Assembly (NCBI RefSeq): GCF_001194135.2
Contig: NC_068982.1
Coordinates: 156,427 to 220,426, forward strand
Direction: 5' to 3'
Length of the DNA stretch: 64,000 nucleotides
From: Octopus bimaculoides
Lineage: Eukaryota
In this document: piece after piece, positions 43,601 to 54,600 of the stretch
Layout of the letters: each line of letters begins with the position of its first letter
Numbering within the stretch: position 1 is the first letter of the stretch
Notes under the pieces: model-generated
Told to the model about the DNA's origin: nothing
The model's database searches: none
Seen by the model: the letters and a program-made list of their open reading frames with translations, nothing else
Program-made: the position numbers and the translations under genes

Positions 43601-45094
43601 GCTTCCCCCACTATTTTTTTTATAAAAAAAAAAAGGAAAAAAGTTTGATAAAGCCACTTAAAAAAAAATCATGGCAAAAACCAAGTTATCTTAAATGAAA
43701 AATTATTAGGTATATTTAGTAAATTTTTTTTTAAATGGTGTATTCAATAAGGAGCATTTTATGCTCATGCATATTTATAATTGTAAGTTTTAGTATGATT
43801 GCACTAAATCTTGACCATATTAAAGATATATATATATATTACCTATGGTCTACAAAATTCATACCAGATTTGAGCTCAGGGTGCACTAAATAATCAGCCA
43901 CCATTAGCTACAACTGCACTGAATTATCATTGTGTGAACAGAAATTTCAACATTATGAAGCCCCTGTGAGCTAGGGTTCAATAAGATTCCGAGATTACAT
44001 GAATCCTAAATCACATAATTGCACCAAGTTTAAATTTCATAGTTACACATTAGATGTGCTTGTACAAAATAAAACTACCTGAGCCTGTAGTGAGCTACAA
44101 ATTGACAAATATAGCAGCAGGACGATAAAGGAAACACTGACTGAGTGATTTTCTTAGAATCAATTCAGTCAGGTGAAAGGAAGAGATTAGAAAAAAAAAG
44201 TTAAACTATTTCTTGAGTTGTTGAAGAAAATGTTTGTTAATCCATTGATTCTAGCTTCTTCTTTAATTCTTCAATCTGTTGGAGAATTAGTTCTTTGGCT
44301 GAAAACAAAAGAAAAAAAAAAAATTTTTTTATTGTTACTTGTCCTGTTTGAGATGCAGGCATTCACATCTTATATGGACAGAGCACCTATGCTGGTGTTA
44401 CATTCAATACACTGTGTAAAGTGGTTGGCATTAGGAAGGACATCCAGCCATAGAAACCATGTCAAAACAATGGAGCCTGAACAGCTTTGCAGCTCCTTGT
44501 CAAGCCATCCAACCCATGCCAGCATGAAAAACGGACGTTAAATGATGATGAGAATGAACTACATCTACACAGTGATTTACCATTTCAACAGCAAAAAACA
44601 AAGACACATTAATGGCAGGTTTTTCTGCCACACTCCATCTGAAGTGTTAAGGTTAGTAAAACTATCAGACATACCTGTAACCCCCTTAGAAAGGGGAGGG
44701 TGATTAAAACTAATTTTGTATGTAAGATAATCAGAGTACTTCATTAACACCCTTCACAGGTGCAACAGTACAAGTCTCCTTAAAGCTTTCCACCCAGCAA
44801 AAGAGAACAGAGTCACAAAGACTAGGGTTCCTCTGTATCCCAGTCAGAAATGGCCCATAACATTCATGTTGAACACCTGTACACCTATAACTGCAATTGA
44901 GGACACTATTTAGCGAGAGACCCAGATTGTAAGTGAAGGGGAAAGACAAATGCTTTAAACATTGTTTCTCTTGAGCTGTCAGATATACAATACATCAGTG
45001 AGAGTTTCTTTACCAACAACATCACTTCTTTTGGCTGTCATTATAGATGGTCTCACAGCTCCAAATGTTTCAATATCCAATGCCTGTATACATT

Positions 45095-45205
45095 ATTTAC
45101 AATGGACGGATACTTGTCCTCATCTTGTTTGTTGTAATCACAACGTTTCGGCTGATAGACTCTCCAGCCTTCATCAGGAGTTCTGGAAATGGATATTTCT
45201 CCAAG
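45095..45205 (-). mobile_element. Penelope-like/retrozyme repeat fragment carrying a hammerhead motif (copy 2)
   Basis: About 110 bp shared with 48793-48935. Confidence 0.7.
45138..45181 (-). ncRNA. Minimal type-I hammerhead ribozyme motif (stem I partly mismatched)
   Basis: ACUC-CUGAUGA-A-GGCUG-GAGAGUCUAU-CAGCC-GAAA-CG-UU-GUGA. Confidence 0.55.
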
Positions 45206-45524
45206 ATACTTTATTGTGAGCAATAGTGGTGGCTTTGTTAATTGTGTCCTCAATCTGGTCATTCGCAATGATATCTAGGAGATGAAACGTTTTCAGTAAG
45301 CAGTTGTCTTTTATATCGCTAATGAAAGGGAGACCGAAGCCTTTTGTTCAGTGAACTGGAGCAAGTTATGTACGTTGGTTGAGAATCGGAACAGCACAAT
45401 TCTTCTAAGATCTCATCTTCCAACCATATTGACACCAGAAAACATTTGGACTTTTTACTGTGTCTCAAATTACCAAATCTTTGAATTTCTTCTCTTTCTA
45501 AGAAAAATGAAATCAGAAACTTAC

Positions 45525-45695
45525 CAGAAACACTTTCATTTGATGGTGATGCAGCATTTGTTGCCTTTTTGTCCTCAAAGTCCTCCTCCAAGATAATACT
45601 GTAAGAATTAAGAGTTTCACCAACCACTGCAGCATTAATTGGTTGTTCCCGAAGTTGAAGGAGCTTCTCTTTTGTCCACTTTTCTTTTGATTTAC
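45525..45695 (-). CDS. Tudor gene exon: KSKEKWTKEKLLQLREQPINAAVVGETLNSYSIILEEDF..ESVS
   Basis: caattag|GT acceptor and G|gtaagt donor; W-T helix of the SN-like extension. Confidence 0.8.
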
Positions 45696-48600
45696 CTAAT
45701 TGAAATAGAATGGAGAAGAATTTCAGTGCTTAATTATTGTGGCAAGGGATAAAAGGATTGGCCAAATCCTAAATAAACAGAAAGCAGATAAGACTCTTTC
45801 CATCAGGTAATATGGCCCTCCTCACTATGTAGGAAAAGAGTTGGAAGTAATTCCATTCACTGCACCCAGTGTAAGCTATGGCCACATAAGAGATGCAGTG
45901 AAATTACAGGTAGATTAACCCTTTTGTTACCAAACTGCCCGTAATTACATATTCATATTTAAATGAGAATATCAGAGCAAATCTCGTTAGTACATTCGTG
46001 AAAACACGTGATTATACTGCGTAAACAATTCAGCTACAGTTTTGTACAATGATCGATGTGTTATTTTAATTCTGTAAATTTTGGGAGATTTTTTTCCCAA
46101 ATTTGTTCCTGTTGTGTTTTGAAAATTTGTAATTCTGACAAAAAAATGGATAAGAATTTCATTCTGTCAATCAGCGAGTCAGAATTTGAAGGATTTTCCA
46201 CGGAAGACCTTGACAAATCTAACTCTGTAACTGATAAAAAAAAAAAAAAGGCGGGTGGTATTTGATAATGAATCCGATGTTTCATTTTCCGAAAGTGAAA
46301 GCAGTGAATCCGAGAGCTCCGATGACAGCAATAAAGGGAATGAATTGGTACCTGAATGGAGTGAAAATTTAAAAACCGTTTCTTTCAGTGATTTTTCTGA
46401 AGAAACTGGACCAAGTCACAGTCTTTCTCAGGAGAGCAAAGCTTTGGACTATTTCTTTTTACTTTCCCCTATGAGCTTATTTGAAATGATTACAGTTGAA
46501 ACAAACCGTTATGCTGAAAGTAAACAAAGCGAAAAAAAAAAGGATAGTTTGTGGTTTCGCACAAGCTTAAGAGACACTGGATGAGGTGGTGAGGACCAAT
46601 CTCAGGATGTTGGGGTCACAGTAGAGATGGTGACAATGGACTGAGATGCCTGGTGAAGTTCTTGAAAAGACCCCCACCCACTTCACTGAAACTGAGTTCT
46701 ACAAGAGCTGTGTGTGTCCCACCCACATGCAACAACAAGAATAAAATTTTTCTCAAACCAAACTACATCTCTTCTTCACATTTCCTCTTTTTGATGCACT
46801 ATATGCTTATCTCTCACTCTCCTCATCACCCTACTCATTCCATCATTGTTATCTTGTTGTCCCCCACCCCCTGCACTTTCTGCATTCATGTGAAGACTCT
46901 ACTCCCTACTCATGCACCTTTGGCAATATCCTATCAATTTATATTCTCACCATCCCATACCTTGAGGCTATGCCATGGCACTTTGCCACCATCTCTCCCT
47001 TCTGAACGGGTAACTAGGTCTCTCCTCTACAGCAACACACCTGCTTCTGTGTCTCTTTCACAAGCTTACTTCTTCCAATGCTCCCTCCCTTCTCAAAGGA
47101 TCTTTGTCTTGCAAATTACTTGGTTCCCCATAAAAAGCATCCAGTCCACACTGTAAAGTGATAGGCGTTTGGAAGGCCATCCAGCAGTAAAAACCATTCC
47201 AAAACTGACCTCACCTGTGCTGGTGCCACATAAAAAGCACTCAGTCCACTCTGCGAGGTGGATGGTGTCAGGAAGAACATCCAGTCGTAAAAACCCTGCC
47301 AAAACAGACAGTCTTCTCAAACCGTCCAACCCATACCAGCACAGAAAGTGGACGTTAAATGATGCTGATGGACAAAGCTGAAACATCGTTGACCAAAAGT
47401 CTGTTCAACAAGGGCTAGCCTGATGTTAATAGTCTGCTTCCACTGAAAATCAACAACAGCGCTTGTATGAAAACAAGACAGAAATGGGAGACAAGTACCA
47501 ACCGCTTTGGCGATGGCAGCTGAAGATTAAAATACGAAGAGGAGGGGTCAGATCTGAATATTGGCACCAGAGATGCAACAGCAAAAGATCCATTGTGAAT
47601 GATGATCAGTTGTACAGCAGACCCTGCAATTTATGAAGACTTGAAATCAATATATAATATTTAGAGGACGTCAGCAAGATGGCACAATTGCTTGTGAGGG
47701 AAAATGCAGATGAAACGTTTAAATTCTGCCATGGCTGACTTTATCATTCATCCCTACAGGGTCGATAAAACACCAGTTGAGCCCTGCGGGTCAATGTAAC
47801 CCACTTTCGACACCAAAATTGCTAGCCTTGTGCCTAAGCTTGGAACCACTTCTACTTAAGTGAGAAAGCCTAGCTTTATGTGGTGGCTGCAGCTACACCA
47901 CAAATTTAAAACTAACATTTCTCTTGTAGACTGAAGTATACTGAGCAAGATTAATCCTATTAGCCTCATTTATACAGAAAGAAAAGAAACCTCGTGATTC
48001 CTACTCTTTCACGGCAAGCAGTTATGAAACAGTTTTCTAAGAGCAAGTACCTGAGAATTGCATTCTTCAGAAATTCATACAAATAACTGAGTTTTGTAAA
48101 CTAACCTAATTACATGAATATTGTTTTAGAAGGGAAAAAAAATCATGCAAAAGAAAATCTTTGATTAATTAAAAGAGAGTTTAATGTATTTACCTGCCAA
48201 AGAACATCGAGCTGCTAATATCGGTATTTCTGCCAACTCGTCTGTGAGAGGCATTATCTCATTTTGGGTAACTCTACCACTACAACCAAAATCAACATAA
48301 AATACAGAAAATTCTGCCTTGGAAACTGCCATAACTTTAGCCCGGTACCATTTTCCATCTGTAAAAACAAAGAAATAGAATCTTCAAACAATTCAGAATT
48401 AGGAATCAAAATGATAATTCAAGATTGAACTAAAATGTTAAAACATTTGTGGGTACGAAGCTTAAGTCTCACTTTAGGCAAGGGTCTTCCACTATAACTA
48501 CAGGCTAATCAGAGCCTCGTGTGTGGGATTTGACAGAGAGAGACTGAAAGACACTCGCATGTGTGTGTGTGTGTGTATAGCCTTGTTTTCCCATCAATTG

Positions 48601-51600
48601 ATGATTGTAACTGGGTATCTCTATCATAGAAGCAATGGTGTTCATTTTCTGTTATCTATGGGGAAATGTTACCTTGCTTGAAAACAAACGAGGGTTGGCA
48701 GCAAGTATAGAAAATTTGCCTCAGCAGATTCTTTCTGACCCATTGCAACTATGCAAAAGTTGATGTTAAACAACAATAATGATGACGATAGTACATTATT
48801 TACAATTGACAGATATTTGTCCTCGTCTTGTCTGTTGTTAACACAACGTTTCGGCTGATATACCCTCCAGCCTTCATCAGGTGTATTGGGGAAATTTTGA
48901 ACCTGGGTTCTCATTCCTAAGGTATTTTTCGATAGGAGGGGCATCCAGCTGTAGAAACTGTGCCAAATCAGATTGGAGCCTGGTGTAGCCATCTGGTTTC
49001 ACCAGTCCTCAGTCAAATCGTCCAACCCATGCTAGCATGGAAAGCGAACGTTAAACAATGATGACGATTATTATTATTATTCAGGTCACTACCTGGAATC
49101 GAACTCGGAATCTTGGGGTTAGTAGCCCATGCTCTTAACCGCTACGCCATATGCCCATGGTGTTTCTTGTAGACTGCTTCAGGCAAATCAACAACTGCAA
49201 TTCAATGATTCAGGTCAGACCAGATTTCTTGATGACCTGCAGCATTCATTATCTACCATATATGGAGTCCAATTTCACAGCAATGTAGCTGAAGGTTTCC
49301 AAGGCAAAAAGTACCACTCCATATCTCGGTAATTCAGAAAACAGCCAGCTATGAGAATAACAAGCTTCAATTTGAAAGTTTGTCTTTTATGTCTGCTGGG
49401 TGGTTCTTATTAAAAAGGGTGTCCAGCCAAAACAGACACAGAAGTCCGGTGCAGGGTCCTGTCAAACTGTCCAACCCATGCTAACATGGAAGGCGGATGT
49501 TAAATGATGACAATATGTATAAAAAAAAATTTTTTTTTAAAGTTGCTTTCACAGGGAGTCTGTTGTGAGGGAAATGTTAATTCTTTGACAAGACTCACTA
49601 AGTTCCACATTTATTCGTTTTATCTAAACACGTTACTGACTAGCAATATTCATTTTGTTTCACAAAATACAGCTTCTATTTTGTTGTTTCTAGCAGAACA
49701 TTAAAGTCTTGCCACAACTGTTCTGGCTCATTAGTTATACTTGATATTACAGGGTTAGGATGCGTTGGATCACAGCCAGCTTGGAACAATGCAAGAGAGG
49801 AGCGAGTTGCCTACGTTACGGCTGTCATCATTAACACATTTCACAATTCCTGAAATCAGAGAATTAACTTTAATTTTTGATATTTTCTTAACTTTAGCTT
49901 CTACAAACATCATTTCAGTCAACAGCAGTAACGTTCAACCATTATTTTTTCATTTTTATCGACCCCTTTCATTCCTATTTTACTCTACTGGGCCCCTGTA
50001 GCCATTCAATGTTCGACTCAATTTGAGAACAAATAGTTTACAAGGAAAAAAAAAAAAACAACCCTGACTTATTTGAAACTAAAACTTACCTGAATATTTG
50101 CAACAAACAACTTCTCCAATCTCAGGTTGAATTACTGAATTCAGATGAGAAGTCTCACACATTTTATTTAATTGTTCAGTCATGTCAGTCAAAGCTTCCA
50201 TAGCTGAAGAGAAAATGGTAACTTTTAAACATATAAAACTGCTAATCACACAAAAATCAAATGAGAAGAATAAAGACATTAACGGAACTGTGATATTATG
50301 CATAATCCCTTTATTGTTAGTATCATTGAGAAGGCAGTGAACTAGCAGAATGGTTAGCATGCTGGACAATATGCTTAGAGGTATTTCATCCCTCTTTATG
50401 GTCTTTGTTCAAATTCTGCCATGGTTGACTTAGCTTTTTAGCCTTTCAGGTTTGAGAAAATAAATACCAGTTAAGAACTGGGATCCATGTAATAGATTAC
50501 CCCCAACATCGCCAAATTTTGAGGCCTTGTGCTTCCAGTAGAAAGGATTATTATTATTGACTGAGAGAGCAATGCACGTCATCAAAGTGACACTAAGGCA
50601 TAAATATATGAAGCCCAAACCTTTTCCCAGGTGCTGAATACCCACCCCCACCCCACATCCCCAGTTTTCAAAGTTGGTACACTGAAAGGTAGGTCTGGTG
50701 AGATTGATGAGATGCTTGAACAGGTGATGCATATGGATGACAAGGACAGCTGTGTAAAGAAGTGCCAATCTCCAAGTGTGGAAGGAACCTGTGCAAGAGG
50801 TAGGCCCAGGAAGACATAGGACGAGGTGATGAGGTGACCGAGACCTTTGGCAAATATGCCATGGCTGAGAAGACCTGTCAAGCCAAGTGAAACCGCAGTC
50901 ACAGCATGTAAAAAGCACCCATTAAATGTAGGGTCGTAGGCTGTGCACGAGAAGACCCATCAAGCCAAATGAAATCATAGTTGCAGCCAAATCCAGAGTC
51001 ACATAAACGGCACCTGTGCCAGTGGCACATAAAAAGCTCCCTTTGAAATTTGGCCATATACCGTGCTTGAGAAGATCTGTCGAACCAAGTGAGGTCATAG
51101 TTGTGGCTAATGCCAGTGTCTCATAACTGGCACCCATGCTGGTGGCACATAAAGAGCAACCACCACACCCTACTGAGTGGTTGGTGTTAGGAAGGGCATC
51201 CAGCTGTAGAAAACCATGCCAAACCAGATTGGAATCTGGTGCAGCTCCCCAGTTTTCAGTCAAACCATCCAACCCACACCAGCATGGAAAATGGACATTA
51301 AGTGATGATGATGATGATGAATAGACTCAACATGACTACTCATTTGATAACTTTACACCAGGCACCTGCATCACAACCATGTGTGTGCAACATGATGACC
51401 TCATATCAAGATAAACAATGCAGGTGGGGCCCAGTTAGAAAGTAGCCCAAAATGTCTCTGAATAAGGGTTAAGGATGATGAATGAAACACTCATGTTTCT
51501 AAAAGTGAATAATGCAAACCCCAAAGAATTCCTCTCAACACATGGCTATGATGTTCCCCAACTACTTCTGCTCGTGACAGAGATGCACATATAGTCAACC

Positions 51601-54600
51601 ACCAAGGGACATGCTCAACTGGTTAAGGTCAAGCAACTGACAAGCAAATCTGTGGTATTGAGCAGAATACTTGTTGTAGCCCATCTTTTATACCAAGACA
51701 AAACAAACAAGCTAGCACTTGCAATCAGTTGAGATGAGAAGCCAAGAGAGCCACTGCCTGGCGCTGGGCATTTATTATTACTAAACTAATTATTAAAGAG
51801 TATTTGTTGCAAATCCTGTGAACTTCGGTTTCAAATTTTGGCATAAGGCCAGAAAAGTTTAGGAGAGGGGATAAGTCATTTACATTGACCCCAGTATTAG
51901 ACTGGTACATATTTTATCAACCCTGATGTGAATTTAATATTATATAATAAACAACTACAGCTGCAGACAAACTTAGAGCTAAATCGATTAGCTTATCATT
52001 ATTATTATTATTATTATATTATGTTGTTATTTAATATAAATTCTGTAATCTTTAATATTGTAGAACAGAGCTCAGTGAGCAGCTACCCTTCAAGTCAAAA
52101 AGATGCTTGCGGCCATTTTTCATTAAAAGCAAATGGAACTCAATATTGGTCATTACTACATATGGACATGATCATAGATTCACTGCTATTGTTTAATCCA
52201 AGGCCAGTCCTCAGACCAATGGCTCTCAGGAAGAACGTCTGCCTGTCACCCACCTCTCCACATCATGCTATAAGCAAATGAAAATGTGGAGTTTCCAAGC
52301 CACACAGGCAGGCACCTCTACCAAGAGAAGAGCCTTTAGCCCAGCCACAGAAAACTTCTCTAGTTGCTGGTGGTATAAAAAGCATCCACCCTATAAAGTA
52401 GTTGGTGACAGGCAGGGTATTTGGCCATGAAAGGAACTATATGAGTGAAAGAACAAAGATAATATAGAGTCCTTAAGTCACATCAGAGGTTAACCATCGA
52501 GGAAGACATCAAATAAGAAGTTAGACATGAATGTTCTGCTAGAACAGACTATACTCTGCAGTAGATACGAGAGAAAGCCTCAGACTGGCTTTTGCTGCAA
52601 AATGCATGCTTGTTTATATTGCTAGCAGGGACAGGTAAACTCCTACCATCTCCAGCACCAAGACCACCTAATCACATGACTTTGACCTTCGTTGGTCTTG
52701 TCAACGACGGATGCTCAACCGCTAGAGACAGCAGTGACTCATCTCCCCCACCAGCAATATTTTGAAAAACAGTACCAAAACAGGAACTAGTGTCACAATT
52801 AGCCAGTGAGCTTGTTAAAAAAAAAAATTACACTGTTTTTCTATATATCACTGGCAAAGAGAGGAATCACTGCTATCTCTAGCAGTCGAGTGTCCATCAT
52901 TGACAATACCAAGGAAGGTCAAAATAATGCAATCTGGTAAGTTTCCATGCTAGAGATGGTGGGGATTTATCTCCTCACTAGCAATATAAACATGAGTGCA
53001 TTTGGCACCAAAAGGAGAGTTTCTCTCATAAGTAGCACAGTAAAGTTTGTTCTAACAGAACATCCATGTTGAGGGGGGGGGGGGGTAAATATTACCTCTC
53101 AGTATTAATACTGCCTCTGTTGCTTGTGTATATTTGGCCAAAGATAATCTGTCCAGAACCAGTCCACATTGTAACAATGGCAAGGATACTCAACAACAAA
53201 GTTGATTATTTATTTGGTTTACTGTGAAGGCACATGGTCTAGTGGTTAGGGTATTGCACACACAAATGTTAGAGTATGGGTTCTATTCCCAGACGAGGTG
53301 GCATGTTGTGTTCGATATAGGAACCCATTTCCTCTATCTTAATAAAAGAGGTTGAAGTAGGATTTGCACTCCAACCTCGGAAATCTGTGATCAGCAACAA
53401 CAGGTTGGAGGGTTGTCACCTGAGTGGTGCAGAGGTGTCGTCTACCAAGAGTTGAAGGGAACCACTAACAAATATGGTGGATGCAGCAATGCAGTTACAG
53501 TGCATATCCCCCTCTCCCCATACTATTACAATATGGGGACAAGATATAACCATGCAAGACAATAGGCAAACAGATATATACAAACAAAGAAAGGAAGAGA
53601 ACTAAAAAACAAAAGTCTCACTGACCCACTTCATCAAGGATTTGACAGTAGAAGCAGTCTGTGTCTACAACCCATTTACAGAGCAGTTCATATTGTGTGT
53701 TCACCTTCAGCTGTAGACATCCCATGCTTTTGGCAAAATACTTTACTCTGTTTGCTTGCAACGTATCTTCTTGACAAACTTCCCGCTGTGAAGCTTTGGT
53801 GCTTAGAGATAGCATAATGGATTCCTTTGTTTGTCTATCATCAGGCAATTTTTTCTCAGAAGAAAACTGGTTCTCAAAAATATGTTCAGTAGAGTCCCTA
53901 TGATGTCGATGACAAGATGGAGGATAGGTCATTTGTACAGGAGATGATGCATCCACTGGTTGCCCTTCAATGCTTTGAGGAGACTGAGAACGAGATCTGA
54001 ACGGAGATATTGAAAGAGAGCTAGCAGATTTTACAGAGTTTGACTTTGATGTAGCAGTGCTATTTAAAGACTGACTTCTGGGAAAATAGTCATTAGGAGC
54101 ATTCTTCTCCAAGCTTTCTTCAAAGCAATCATTAACACAGCTGCCATCACTGGTATAAACGACGACTTCATAGACATTTTTGGAGCAGCCTTCTATCTTA
54201 TATTTGCACACATTGTTGCAGATGAGCTGACTAAATTTCTCATTGTCTTTAATACCACACACACCAGGAAGATAGCAGTGTAAGGCTTGTTTAGGATAAG
54301 GAGTGAAATGCACAGGAAATGGCTGCAGTTGTAATTTATCAACATACTCAGAGTTGCCATAATCAACAAAAAAAACTTTATATCTGCCATCAGCAGTGTT
54401 GCTGATTATCTGACCACGATACCACTGGTTGTCCTGTGAAAACTTGGCCGCAACCATTTCATTGAGACAAGGAGTATAACCGTTATGGTCATCTTTCTTT
54501 TCCAAGTAAGTATTGAATTCTGCAAGGAAACTGATCTGTTTCTCGCTGACAACAATTATATAAAATGAATCATTAAGAATTTCGACAGCCAAACCATCCA

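Noticed and set aside
49080-49155. tRNA-Ser(ACT) gene on the - strand
   Set aside because: The A and B boxes are good, but the T-arm and anticodon stems are mispaired and an (AAT)n tail follows; it is a SINE.
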